A stretch of 32,000 bases of DNA. Source: Longivirga aurantiaca (GTDB lineage: Bacteria > Actinomycetota > Actinomycetes > S36-B12 > CAIYMF01). Positions 1 to 9,749 of the stretch are shown here, in pieces. Below the pieces are notes generated by a model. The model did no database searches. It saw only the letters and a list, made by a program, of their open reading frames with translations, and was not told the origin of the DNA. Where the stretch lies: positions 16,665-48,664 of the forward strand of contig NZ_JBHSTI010000058.1 of NCBI RefSeq assembly GCF_042660085.1, read 5' to 3'. The first letter of the stretch is position 1, and every line of letters starts with the position of its first letter. The translations under genes were made by a program, and so were the position numbers.

Positions 1-1
1 G

Positions 2-3000
2 CGGGCCCGGGCGGCCCGAGCCCCGCACGCGTCGCGCCGCGACCCGCGCGCCTGGCTCGCCGCCGCGCTCGGTGTGCTGGTCGTCCTTCTGGCGGCGGGC
101 CTCCCGCTGGCCTGGGCCGAGCCGCTCCTCTCGATGCCGGCGTACCTGCTGCCCGTGGCGGTCGCGGCGCTGGCCGCGGCTGTCGCGGCCCGGGCCGCGG
201 CGACCGGCCGGCGTGCCGGCAGCGTCGTCGTCGCCCTCGCTGCTGCGACCGGCTATGTGCTCGCGGTGCGGCTGGCCGACCATGCGCTCGCCGACGTGCT
301 CGGCTGGAGCCCGCCGGCCTGGGGCGAGCCGGGCACGGCGCTGCTCGCGGGCGCCGTGGCGGGCCTCCTGCTCGTGGGCGCCGTGGGCTGGCTGCTCGAC
401 GCGCGGCTGCGGCGGGGCGCCATGCCGGGCCTCGCCGCCCGGGTCGGTCGCTCGGTCCACGCCCCGGTCGCCGCCCTGCCGCGGATCGCGCTTCCCGCGC
501 CCGTTCCGGGCAGCGGCCTGCCCGCACCGGAGCCCGCCCTGGTCGTCGAGGCCACCGTCACCGCCGCCGAGGTCGTGGCGCCGAGCTGGCCGCTGGCCGC
601 GTTCGTGGCGAGCAACCCCCTCGCCGGGCTCGAGCACCTGGACTTCGCCGACGCGGTCGACGCCGCTGCAGCCACCTGGGGTGCGCGCACCGAGATCGAC
701 GCTGCGCTGCTGCGGGCGTCCCTGGACGACGGCGTGCTCGACCCGGCTGCGCTCCAGCGCGTCGCCGCCACGGTGGCCCCGGGCCTCGACCTCCCGCTGC
801 AGGGGTGCGTACGCGAGCGGTCGGCCCTCGTCGCCGCGGCGCTGCTCGCCGAGGAGCCCCCGCAGGACGACGTCGACTGGGTGCGGTCGGCCCTCGGTGC
901 CCGGTCGTGGGGCCGGTCGCGCCGCCGGCTCGTGTCGTCGCCCGCCGAGGCGGCCGCGGACGGACGTCCCGAGCTGGTCGCCCTCGACTCACGCGGCCGC
1001 GACCTGGTCGCGACGTACGCCGCCCGCAGCTACGGCGCGGCGTCGTGGCCCTCGCCGTACCCCGGTGTCTGGGACGCCGTCCGCGGCGACGCCGCGCACC
1101 TCGACCGCCTGCTCCGCACGCGCGGCGCCGCCGGGTGGGTCGCCAGCATGCCGGTCGCACCGGCCGAGGCCGTGGCGGAGGCGCTGGCGCGGTGCGGCGT
1201 GCTCGCCGACGACGTCGTGCCCGCGCTGTCGCGGGTGCTCGCCCGCGACCCGGGCTGGGTCGCGCACCTCGCGTGGCGGCGCCGGGTCGGCCGTGCCGAC
1301 GGCGTGGTCGAGCTGCTCGACCTGCTCGCCGCCCGCCTCGTCCTGGAGTCGCTGGTGGTGGCGGCCGCCGGCCCGCGGGCCGCGCTCGTGCGGGACGTCG
1401 AGGACGACCTCGCTCCGGTGGTGGCGATGCTGATCCGCGCATCCGGCGCGCCCCGGGACTCCGTCGCGCCGGCCGCGCTCGACGCGCTGCGCGAGATCGC
1501 GGTCGAGATGCTCGAGGAGGGCCTCGGGCTGCTGCGGCTGCGCGCGCTCGAGGAGTCGTACCGGCGTCCGCTCATCCAGCACCTCGCCGCGCGCGCCGAG
1601 GTGCTGGCCGGCGCACCCGTCGCCGGGCAGGCGGATGCTCAGGTGGTCGCGTGCATCGACGTGCGGTCCGAGCGCCTGCGCCGCGCGCTCGAGGCGCGCG
1701 GTCCCTGGGAGACCCTCGGCGCGGCCGGCTTCTTCGGGCTGCCGCTGGCGCACTGCTCCGCCTCGGGTGCTCTCACCGAGCGGCTGCCCGCGCTGCTGCG
1801 TCCTGCGCACGTGGTCTCCGAGCCGCAGCGTGCGACGCCGTGGGCCGAGTCGGTCCTGGGCGAGACGTCGGACGCTGTGCACGCGGTCGAGCTCGCGCCG
1901 GCGGCGCCGTTCGCGCTCGCCGAGGCGGCCGGCTGGGTGTCCGGCCCGTCCGCCCTCCTGCACACCGTCCTCCCCCGCCTGTGGGGCCAGGTCCGGCCGG
2001 GCGGGGAGTCGGTCCCTGAGGGCGTGCTCGACCTCGAGCAGGGATCCGGCGCGCCCGCGGGCTTCGGGCTCGACGAGCTCGTGGCGGCTGCGGCGGCGTT
2101 CCTGCGCACGACGGGGCTGCTCCACCCGGCCCCGGTGGTGCTGCTCCTCGGGCACGGCGGTCACGCGGCGAACAACCCGCACGTCGCGGCGTACGACTGC
2201 GGCGCCTGCGGCGGCTTCGCCGGCGACGTGAGCGCGCGGGCCATGGCCCAGGTGCTCAACGACCCTCGGGTGCGCGACGGCCTGCGGGCCCAGGGCATCG
2301 ATCTGCCCGCCGCCACCTGGTTCGGCGCTGCGCTGCACGACACGACCCGCGACCGGGTGAGCATGCTCGTCGACGTCCCGCCCGCGTGCGCGGACGTGGT
2401 CGCGAGGCTCCTCGACGACGTGGCGGGCGCGTGCGACGCCGTGGCGGCGGAGAGGGCGCCGCTGCTGCCCGAGCGGCTGCCGGCCGACACCGCGCGGCTG
2501 CGCGGCGCGCTCGACTCGCGGGCCGTCGACTGGGCGCAGGTGCGGCCCGAGTGGGGCCTGGCCCGGAACGCCGCGATCGTGATCGGGCCCCGGAGCCTGA
2601 CCGATGCGCTCGACCTCGACGGCCGGGTGTTCCTGCAGTCCTACCGTGCCGAGCTCGACGAGGACGGCTCGTCGCTCGACTTCCTCATGAGCGCGCCGCT
2701 CGTGGTGGCGCAGTGGATCTCGTCGCAGTACTGGTGCTCCACCGTGGACCCGCTGCGGTTCGGTGCCGGCGACAAGACCACCCACAACGTCCTGACGTCG
2801 GCGTCCGGCGAGCCCGCACCGCTGACGGCCGTCGTCACCGGTGCCCGCGGCGACCTCCGCATCGGGCTGCCCTGGCAGGCCGTCTCGGCGAGCGCGCCGT
2901 CGGGCGGGCGGTGGACCGAGCGGCCGTTCCACGAGCCGCTGCGTCTGCTGGCGGTGATCCACGCGTCGACCAGCGCGGTCGAGGCGGTCCTGGCACGGCG

Positions 3001-3181
3001 GCCCGAGGTCGCCCGGCTGGTGCTGGGCGGGTGGGTGTCGCTCGTGGTCCTCGACCCCGCGACGGGTGCGGCCTGGCGACGCGATCCGGAGGCCGGCTGG
3101 GTGCCTGCCGAGCACGTCGTGGGCGGCCACGCCGTCCTCGATCGAGCAGGGGACGAGGTGCCGGGGTCGAACGTCGGGTGA
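2..3181 (+). CDS. dabA: DabB-DabA fusion (C-terminal membrane part of a proton-translocating NuoL/DabB-like subunit fused to DUF2309/DabA inorganic carbon transporter subunit), 5'-truncated by window edge
   Basis: Frame 2 is open from the left edge through the listed ORF (74..3181) to TGA at 3179-3181. N-terminal ~150 aa are hydrophobic, then DabA-like start 'VVAPSWPLAAFVASNPLAGLEHLDFADAV', 'VACIDVRSERLRRALE' and 'LLGHGGHAANNPHVAAYDCGACGG', matching the Cys/Asp/His/Cys zinc-site pattern of DabA. Confidence 0.88.
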   Translation, partial: RARAARAPHASRRDPRAWLAAALGVLVVLLAAGLPLAWAEPLLSMPAYLLPVAVAALAAAVAARAAATGRRAGSVVVALAAATGYVLAVRLADHALADVLGWSPPAWGEPGTALLAGAVAGLLLVGAVGWLLDARLRRGAMPGLAARVGRSVHAPVAALPRIALPAPVPGSGLPAPEPALVVEATVTAAEVVAPSWPLAAFVASNPLAGLEHLDFADAVDAAAATWGARTEIDAALLRASLDDGVLDPAALQRVAATVAPGLDLPLQGCVRERSALVAAALLAEEPPQDDVDWVRSALGARSWGRSRRRLVSSPAEAAADGRPELVALDSRGRDLVATYAARSYGAASWPSPYPGVWDAVRGDAAHLDRLLRTRGAAGWVASMPVAPAEAVAEALARCGVLADDVVPALSRVLARDPGWVAHLAWRRRVGRADGVVELLDLLAARLVLESLVVAAAGPRAALVRDVEDDLAPVVAMLIRASGAPRDSVAPAALDALREIAVEMLEEGLGLLRLRALEESYRRPLIQHLAARAEVLAGAPVAGQADAQVVACIDVRSERLRRALEARGPWETLGAAGFFGLPLAHCSASGALTERLPALLRPAHVVSEPQRATPWAESVLGETSDAVHAVELAPAAPFALAEAAGWVSGPSALLHTVLPRLWGQVRPGGESVPEGVLDLEQGSGAPAGFGLDELVAAAAAFLRTTGLLHPAPVVLLLGHGGHAANNPHVAAYDCGACGGFAGDVSARAMAQVLNDPRVRDGLRAQGIDLPAATWFGAALHDTTRDRVSMLVDVPPACADVVARLLDDVAGACDAVAAERAPLLPERLPADTARLRGALDSRAVDWAQVRPEWGLARNAAIVIGPRSLTDALDLDGRVFLQSYRAELDEDGSSLDFLMSAPLVVAQWISSQYWCSTVDPLRFGAGDKTTHNVLTSASGEPAPLTAVVTGARGDLRIGLPWQAVSASAPSGGRWTERPFHEPLRLLAVIHASTSAVEAVLARRPEVARLVLGGWVSLVVLDPATGAAWRRDPEAGWVPAEHVVGGHAVLDRAGDEVPGSNVG

Positions 3182-3311
3182 GCCTGCGGCGCATCTCTCG
3201 GTCGGCTCACGGGCGGGGGTAACCCCCAGGAGGAGCGAGCCGGAGCCGATGGCGCGAGCGGGACGCCCTCCCGCACGCCCGGCTCCCGGAGGCTCTTCCT
3301 GCACGTCCGGG

Positions 3312-3947
3312 TCAGGCGGGGCGGTCGACCAGGTGCTCCTTGGCCCACACCGCGGCGCTGGTGCGGTCGCCGACCCCGAGCCGTGTGAAGACGTTCGTGA
3401 GATGCCCCTTCACGGTGCGCTCGCTGATGCCGAGCCGACGCGCGATCTGGCCGTTGGTGAGGCCGCGCACGACCAGGAGCAGCACGTCGCGCTCGCGCTC
3501 GGTGAGGTCGTCGGCCGGGGTGGTGGTGGGGGCCATCCGTCGGTTGAGGGCCACGCGCGCGGCCTTCGGGTGCAGCGGCGACTCGCCACGTGCGGCCGCG
3601 CGGACGGCACCCACGATCTCGTCCGGCTCGGAGTCCTTGAGCATGTAGCCGACCGCGCCGGCGTCGAGCGCGTCGAGGATGCGCTCGGGGTCGGAGAACG
3701 ACGTGAGCGCGACGACCGCGACGGTGTCGTCCATCGCGACGATCTCGGCCGTGGCGCTGGTGCCGTCGCGGCCGGGCATGGACAGGTCCATGAGCACCAC
3801 GTGCGGCTGGTGCTCGCGCACGGCGTCCACGGCGTCGCCCGCGTTGCTCACCGCCGCGACCACGCGGATGTCGTCCTGGGTCTCGAGCATGAGCGCCACA
3901 CCGTGCCGGAGCACGGGGTGGTCGTCGACGACCACGACGTCGATCAC
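3312..3947 (-). CDS. LuxR/NarL-family two-component response regulator
   Basis: GTG start at 3947 after GAGGATCCCCCT; 'VIDVVVVDDHPVLRHGVALMLE...VVLMDLSMPGRDG' receiver and 'LTERERDVLLLVVRGLTNGQIARRLGISERTVKGHLTNVFTRLGV' HTH. The longer ORF in the track (to 4967) overlaps the kinase gene out of frame. Confidence 0.95.
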   Translation of the reverse strand: MIDVVVVDDHPVLRHGVALMLETQDDIRVVAAVSNAGDAVDAVREHQPHVVLMDLSMPGRDGTSATAEIVAMDDTVAVVALTSFSDPERILDALDAGAVGYMLKDSEPDEIVGAVRAAARGESPLHPKAARVALNRRMAPTTTPADDLTERERDVLLLVVRGLTNGQIARRLGISERTVKGHLTNVFTRLGVGDRTSAAVWAKEHLVDRPA

Positions 3948-5413
3948 AGGGGGATCCTCGCTGTGAGCTCGGTGCCCTCGTGGGGCGCCGTACGGACGGA
4001 CAGGGTGCCGCGGACCTCGGCGAGCGAGTCCTCGAGCAGCGCGAGGCCGAGGTGCCCGGCGGGGGTGGCGGCCGAGGGATGAGCGGGGTCCTCGAGCGCG
4101 AATCCCTTGCCGTCGTCGGCCACGGTCAGCGTGACGGCATCGGCGCTCTGCACGATCGCGACCCGCACCCGCGTGGCCTCGGCGTGCTTGACGATGTTGC
4201 GCACCGACTCCTGCGCGACGCGGAACAGCGCGGTCTCGACGTCCTCCGGGAGGTTGGCCGCGCCATCGACGTCGAGCTCGACGTCGATCTCGCGGCTCGC
4301 GAGCTGCGCGGTGAGGTCGCTGAGCGCCGCGGCGAGCCCGGCACGGCGCAGGCCGGGCGGGTAGATCTCGACCAGGAGCGAGCGGAGCCCGCGCACGCCC
4401 TGGCGCAGCTCGGTCGCTGCGTTGCGCACGGTGCTCGCCGCCCAGCTCTGGTCGGCGGAGGTCAGCTGCTCCGAGCGCAGCTTGTCGGCGACGCCGGACA
4501 GCGCATAGCTCGATCCCGCGAGCGACTGCACGATGCCGTCGTGCAGGTGCGCGGCGATGCGCCGGCGCTCGGTCGTCGACGCGTCGAGCGCGTGCTGCAG
4601 CAGCCGCATCCGCTCGGCGCGCGCCCGGTCGAGGCTGCGCGCCAGCGACCACGCGACGGGGACGAGGACGAGCAGCAGCAGCACCATGCCGCCGATCGTG
4701 ATGGGCGCGAACTCGCCGAGGACGTCGCCCTGACGGGCGTCGACCGCGGTGCGCGTCTGGTAGGTCTCGAACAGCAGCGTCTCGCCCGCCGGCGTCCACA
4801 CCGGGAGGTAGACCTCGAGCAGCGGGCCGCTGCCGCCGTCGAAGCGGTTCTCCGGACGTTCGAGGTCGCTCGCCTCGGCGACCGCGACCCCGCCGGTGTC
4901 GATGACCTCGAGTTCCTCGTCGCCGAGGGCGTACTGCGAGCCGATGAGACGCGGCTCGTCCGACCACACGATGACGCCGTCGCGGTTCCAGATCTTCACG
5001 CGGACGACGTCAGCGCTCAGCATCCGCTCCTGCACCAGTGCCGCGAACTCGGCCTGGGCGACGGCGTCGCCGTCGATCAGCGCCTGGGTGAGCTCGGGCT
5101 GCACCAGCGCGGCGGCGAGGGTGATCGTGCGCTGGCGCGCGTCCTCGATCGCCTCCCGCTCGGCGGCGCGGCTCGCTGCGAACCACACACCGGCGGACAC
5201 GAGCAGCAGGGCGACCACGCCCGCGGCGATGAAGCGGGTCATGGCCTGACGCACCACCGTCTGAGGGGGATCAGACGGTGGCGCGCCAGGGGCCGAGGTC
5301 GCTCGCTCGAGCATGTCCACCTCGTCGACCTCCGGATCCCCCTGGGCCCAGGACCCACCGGAGGTCGGAGCCTCGCGGTGGGCGGGCTCGTCGGAGTGGG
5401 CGACGGAGGCCAT
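3944..5413 (-). CDS. Sensor histidine kinase (HisKA_3 / HATPase_c, NarL-coupled type), start codon uncertain
   Basis: 'TERRRIAAHLHDGIVQSLAGSSYALSGV' dimerisation/phospho-acceptor, 'ALFRVAQESVRNIVKHAEATRVRV...VADDGKGF' ATPase; two TM segments; overlaps the regulator start by 4 nt (translational coupling). The ORF is open to 5524. Confidence 0.93.
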   Translation of the reverse strand: MASVAHSDEPAHREAPTSGGSWAQGDPEVDEVDMLERATSAPGAPPSDPPQTVVRQAMTRFIAAGVVALLLVSAGVWFAASRAAEREAIEDARQRTITLAAALVQPELTQALIDGDAVAQAEFAALVQERMLSADVVRVKIWNRDGVIVWSDEPRLIGSQYALGDEELEVIDTGGVAVAEASDLERPENRFDGGSGPLLEVYLPVWTPAGETLLFETYQTRTAVDARQGDVLGEFAPITIGGMVLLLLVLVPVAWSLARSLDRARAERMRLLQHALDASTTERRRIAAHLHDGIVQSLAGSSYALSGVADKLRSEQLTSADQSWAASTVRNAATELRQGVRGLRSLLVEIYPPGLRRAGLAAALSDLTAQLASREIDVELDVDGAANLPEDVETALFRVAQESVRNIVKHAEATRVRVAIVQSADAVTLTVADDGKGFALEDPAHPSAATPAGHLGLALLEDSLAEVRGTLSVRTAPHEGTELTARIPL

Positions 5414-5681
5414 GACGGTGGCCGACGTCGACGACGAACCCGGTGCCCAGGGCGTGAGGCGCCGACCGGCGGACCGGACGCGAGCACCCTGCGGCACCGC
5501 GGGTAGGGCCCACCAGCCGTCCATGAGTACCGGTACCTCCCGCTCGGGTCGTCGGTGTTCGCCGCGTCGTGAGCAGACTGTGCGCCCTGCCGAGAGGTGG
5601 TTGAAGGGTCACCGACGGACCGTGCCCGAACCTTGGACGAATCTGTGACGTCGCTCCGACGCTCGTTCGCTCTGACCGGTC

Positions 5682-5981
5682 GTGCCGCGCACTGTCCCCA
5701 CGTCGGACGCAGCAGGTCCCCGGTACGTCTCGACGGGCCACCTGCCCGACGCAGCGGACATCGCCAGGCTCGTGGGCGATGCGTGCGCGGAGGCGCGCGA
5801 TGTCCAGGACGGCACCGTCTCGCAGGTGTATCCGGCGCTGGCCCGCTCGCCCGCCGACCTCTGCGGCGTCTGCGTCGTGGGCGCGGCGTCGGTCAGACGA
5901 GCGACGAGAGGGCGAGCCGAGCGGACGTGCTGCTACGCGTCACTTCGTGACGGTGGTGGTCGCCGTCCCGCCGTCCCATGA
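5682..5981 (+). pseudogene. Possible remnant of a glutaminase N-terminus
   Basis: ORF translation 'LPDAADIARLVGDACAEARDVQDGTVSQVYPALARSPADLCGVCVVG' resembles the 'GxVAdYIPxLAxxxPdxfgiavv' start of glutaminase A; no catalytic region follows. Confidence 0.3.
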
Positions 5982-7448
5982 GGTGCCGGCCTTGACCACG
6001 CCCGTGACCGTGTACGTGACGCTGGTGACGTTGAGGCTCAGCGAGACCGACACGCTGCAGGAACCGGTCGAGCCGGTGGTGCAGGTGGCGGTGCCGGTCG
6101 CACCTCCCGATCGGGTCACCGTGACAGTGGCCCCGCTGACCGGCCCGCCGGTGGCCGTGTCCGTCACCGTGGTGGTGGCGGTGGCCGTCCACGACCTCTT
6201 GGCCAGCTTCTTGCTCCCACTGATCGATGCGGCGGTCGTGATCATGGGCGCAGGAGCGGGGGCGGTGAAGAGCAGGCGGTTGGGCGACCCGGTGCCCGGG
6301 GAGCCGACGACACCTGTGGTCGCCTGGCCGACGAGGGCGTCGCGCACCTGCGCCGGAGTGAGGTTCGGCGACTGCTGCAACAGCAGGGCGGCGGCACCTG
6401 CCACGTGCGGGGCAGCCATCGACGTTCCGCTCTTGCTCGTCGACCCCGTGTCGCTCGTGTACGACGCCGACACGATGCCGGCGAACAGCCCGTCGCCACC
6501 CGGCGCGAACAGGTCGAGGCAGGCGCCGTAGTTGGAGTAGTTCGCGCGCGCATCGCTCCTCGTCGTCGCGCCGACGGTGACCCCTTCTGCGACACGGGCG
6601 GGGGAGAAGGTTGCGCAGCCGTCGGTGTTGTCGTTGCCGGCCGCGAGCGTGTAGGTGACGCCCGCCGCGATGGAGGCGCGGACGGCGTCGTCGAGAGGCT
6701 GGCTCGGGTCGCCGCCCAGGCTCATGTTGGCCACCATCGGTACGCCCGGGCTCGCCGTCTTCTGCGACGTGACCCAGTCAATGCCGGCGATCACTTGCGC
6801 GTCGGTGCCGTTGCCGGTGCAGTCGAGCACGCGAACGGCCTTCAGGGTCACGGCCTTCGCGACCCCGAAGCTCGAGCCGCCCACCGTGCCGGCCACGTGC
6901 GTGCCGTGCCCCTGGCAGTCCGCAGCGCTACCGCCCGCCGTGATGGCGTCGTACCCCGTCGAGGCGCGACCACCGAACGTGGTGTGCGTGAAGCGGATGC
7001 CGGTGTCGAGCACGAACACCGTCACGCCCGCGCCCGTGGCGTCGTAGCGGTACGCCGAGTCCAGCGGCAGGGCGCGCTGGTCGATGCGGTCGAGTCCCCA
7101 GGACGGCGGGTTGGTCTGCGTGGTGTCGACATGCTTGCGGCCGTCGCGCGCGACGTAGGCGACCTGCGGTGAGCGCGCCAGCGCCGCGGCGGCGGCCGCG
7201 GACGCCGTGATCGAGAAGCCGCGCAGCGCATGCTGGTACACGAACCCCACCTGGCCGCCCACTCGGCGGGCCTGCTCGGCCGCGACATCGGGCACCTGGT
7301 AGCCCGCCACCCCGTTGAGGACGACGATCCAGGTCGACGTGGGTGTGGCCGCCTGCGCCGGTGCCGCGAGACCCGTAGCCGCCAGGGCCCCGAGGGCCAG
7401 GCCGACGGTCGCCGTCAACGCTGTCGTGCCTCGTCCGAGCATGCTCAT
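5940..7448 (-). CDS. Secreted S8 family serine protease (subtilase, I9-type propeptide, C-terminal Thr-rich domain)
   Basis: Signal peptide 'MSMLGRGTTALTATVGLALGALAATGLAAPAQA'; 'VFVLDTGIRFTHTTF', 'GHGTHVAGTVGG', 'SGTSMAAPHVAGAAALLLQ' catalytic motifs. Confidence 0.96.
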   Translation of the reverse strand: MSMLGRGTTALTATVGLALGALAATGLAAPAQAATPTSTWIVVLNGVAGYQVPDVAAEQARRVGGQVGFVYQHALRGFSITASAAAAAALARSPQVAYVARDGRKHVDTTQTNPPSWGLDRIDQRALPLDSAYRYDATGAGVTVFVLDTGIRFTHTTFGGRASTGYDAITAGGSAADCQGHGTHVAGTVGGSSFGVAKAVTLKAVRVLDCTGNGTDAQVIAGIDWVTSQKTASPGVPMVANMSLGGDPSQPLDDAVRASIAAGVTYTLAAGNDNTDGCATFSPARVAEGVTVGATTRSDARANYSNYGACLDLFAPGGDGLFAGIVSASYTSDTGSTSKSGTSMAAPHVAGAAALLLQQSPNLTPAQVRDALVGQATTGVVGSPGTGSPNRLLFTAPAPAPMITTAASISGSKKLAKRSWTATATTTVTDTATGGPVSGATVTVTRSGGATGTATCTTGSTGSCSVSVSLSLNVTSVTYTVTGVVKAGTSWDGGTATTTVTK

Positions 7449-7638
7449 GGGTTCTCTCCGTCGCCTCGCGGGACCCGACCCCCGTCGGCCAGGGTAGGGC
7501 CCACCAGCGGCCACGACCAGGCTTCCACGGGCGGGCAGGGTGCCGCGGCGACGTCAGCGCGGTGGGCTGAGAGGACGTGGTGGCTCCACCCGATTCTGAG
7601 CGGGTGACGGGATCCGTCCCGCGTCCCCCTGCGGAGCG

Positions 7639-7683
7639 ACGAAGCCCTGTCCTGGCCGGCTTCGCCGGCGGGGACAGGGCTTC
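7639..7683. terminator. Strong stem-loop, possible factor-independent or bidirectional terminator
   Basis: Perfect 13-nt inverted arms CGAAGCCCTGTCC (7639-7651) / GGACAGGGCTTCG (7671-7683), with a nested GCCGGC..GCCGGC arm; lies between the 3' end of the gene at 7937 and the start of the protease gene. No clear T-tract. Confidence 0.5.
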
Positions 7684-7936
7684 GAGCGGAGAAGTGACCG
7701 CGGACGTAGGGGTTCTGCGCGGCCTGGCGGCTCCCAGAGGCGGATCCGGCTGGACCGCGGACGTCCGTTCCAGAGGCCCGAATCGCTGCACGCTCTGGCA
7801 AAGCAACGTGTGGAAGGTGCGGCCCGCCCGTGTGGCTGCGAGGAGCGATGCAGGGGCTGCCCCTGGAGAGGTGACGTTGTCAGCGTCACGGCGTCACGGC
7901 GTCACGCCGCTCGGCGTCCAGCACGACCGCGGGTCG

Positions 7937-8902
7937 TCAGGCCGATTCGATCTCGGGGAACACCCAGCCGCCGTCGAGGACCTCGGGTCTGGGTCGGTAG
8001 AGGCGCACGGTGTAGTTCCAGCCGTCCATGATCCGCAGACAGTTGGGGCGCCCGTCGCCGCAGCCGCCGAAGTGCACGACGACGGAGCCGTCGTCCTCCA
8101 CCTGCGCGGTGAACTGGTTCACGCTGCAGCCGCCTTCGTCGCTGGCCTCGAAGAAGCCGTCGGCGTTGTAGACGGAGAGGGACCAGAACGCGTCGACGGG
8201 CACGTCGCGGACCACGAGCCGGTACTCGCCGACGGGCAATCCGGGGTCGACGGTGAGGTAGTGGGCCTCGGTGTCGGGAAGGCCGCCCCACCCGATGGCT
8301 GTGCCGATGAGGTGCCGTACCGGGTCCACGTCGTCCTTGCGGCCGAACATGCCGGTCGCGCCGTCCACGGTCCGGCCCAGCGCGAGCAGTGCGGCCCGGA
8401 CGCTGTCGAAGGAGGCCTGGTCGTAGCTCGGCATGGCGAGCGGCACACTGGACGCCGCGACCACGCTCAGCCCGTCCTGGACGGCGTTCGCGGAAGCCAC
8501 GTCAGCGGCGTCGGCCGGGTCGGCCAGGACGCGCGCAACCAGGGTGACGTAGCGCGTGCCGTGGTCGGCCTGTTGGAGACGGTGCTGGCCGGCGTCGTGC
8601 AGCACCTGGTTGATGTAGTGGTCGGCGTTGACGACCGCGACGGACAGGTAGCGCCCGGAGCTGTCGGGGACGGTGACGGTGGCGCCGTCGGCGAGGTCGA
8701 CGACGGCGAAGCTGTAGAGGGTGTCGCGGTTCATCCGGACGACGGTCTGCTGGTCCAGCGGCGTGGGGACCCGGACGTGGTGGAAGCGGTTGATGCCGCC
8801 ACCGCCGGCCATCAGGTTGGTCATCATCCGGGCGGTCTCGGCCGCGACGAAGTTGTCGACGCTGACCTTGATCGCGGCGCCCGCTGGTGTGGTCACGACC
8901 AC
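7937..8902 (-). CDS. DUF1254/DUF1214-type domain-containing protein
   Basis: '[39 protein letters not shown]' and '[17 protein letters not shown]...' are typical of DUF1254/DUF1214 proteins; overlaps the upstream gene. Confidence 0.85.
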   Translation of the reverse strand: MVVTTPAGAAIKVSVDNFVAAETARMMTNLMAGGGGINRFHHVRVPTPLDQQTVVRMNRDTLYSFAVVDLADGATVTVPDSSGRYLSVAVVNADHYINQVLHDAGQHRLQQADHGTRYVTLVARVLADPADAADVASANAVQDGLSVVAASSVPLAMPSYDQASFDSVRAALLALGRTVDGATGMFGRKDDVDPVRHLIGTAIGWGGLPDTEAHYLTVDPGLPVGEYRLVVRDVPVDAFWSLSVYNADGFFEASDEGGCSVNQFTAQVEDDGSVVVHFGGCGDGRPNCLRIMDGWNYTVRLYRPRPEVLDGGWVFPEIESA

Positions 8903-9555
8903 GGGTCGAAGCTGCCGACGCCGTCGATGAGGCCCTGGTACATGTTCGCCAGGTCATCCGGAACGATGTTGGCGACCCCGTCGGTGGTGATCGCGAAGTC
9001 GCGGTCCAGCGTCACGGTGCGGTAGGTCCAGCCCTCCGGGAGGTCGAGGCGGTCTCCGAGCGTGGCCAGCCCGTCCACGGTGAGGTCGGGTGACTTGGCG
9101 TTGGTGTAGGTCTGCATCACCCAGGTGACGTCGTCGGGTGAGCGCAGCAGGTGGACCTGGCGCCCGGCATTGAACTCCCAGACGTTGGTGCGGTGGATCT
9201 GCTGGGGCTGGTACGCAAGGGACGACTGGTCCCGGGTCGGGTCGAAGCCGGCTGGCATGTGCATCTTGGCGAGCAGGTTGAAGTCGACGCCGCCGAGGGT
9301 GGCCGGCTCCCCGACGATGTCGATGGTCAGCGCGTCCATCAGCCAGAAGCGGCGCGGGTTCTTCCACACCAGGTCGCACCCGTACTCGACGCGCAGCTTG
9401 TCGACGTCGATCGCGGCGAACGCCTCGTCCGGGCACGGGCCTCGCCCTGTGGTGTTGTACACAAGAGCGTCGTAGCCACCGTCAGCCTCGGTGAGCAGGA
9501 AGATCTCACCCTGCGGATAGTCGTGCAGGCCCTCGACGCGGATTGTCTCAGTCAT
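8893..9555 (-). CDS. Conserved hypothetical protein, operon partner of the DUF1254/1214 gene
   Basis: Uninterrupted ORF starting [16 protein letters not shown], 10-nt overlap with the downstream CDS. Confidence 0.75.
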   Translation of the reverse strand: MTETIRVEGLHDYPQGEIFLLTEADGGYDALVYNTTGRGPCPDEAFAAIDVDKLRVEYGCDLVWKNPRRFWLMDALTIDIVGEPATLGGVDFNLLAKMHMPAGFDPTRDQSSLAYQPQQIHRTNVWEFNAGRQVHLLRSPDDVTWVMQTYTNAKSPDLTVDGLATLGDRLDLPEGWTYRTVTLDRDFAITTDGVANIVPDDLANMYQGLIDGVGSFDPWS

Positions 9556-9749
9556 GCCTGAACGCTACGCCGCTCCGTGGAGGCGATGCGCGCTCACGTC
9601 ACGATCCGAGCTCACCGCGATCTGCGCGTTGGGTGACGTGAGGTGCGCGCCATTCCGACTGCTGCTGCGCAACGCGCCATGCGCAGTCGTAGTGTCCGTT
9701 CGGGACGTGCATCCCCGTCCGCAGCTGACCTGAGTGGAGGCGGTGAGCG

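Noticed and set aside
989-3304. 771-aa minus-strand ORF opposite dabA
   Set aside because: No domain-like sequence; the plus strand has unmistakable DabA motifs. High-GC shadow ORF.
7577-9025. 482-aa plus-strand ORF covering the DUF1254 region
   Set aside because: Mirror of the minus-strand genes; no RBS and no recognisable motifs.
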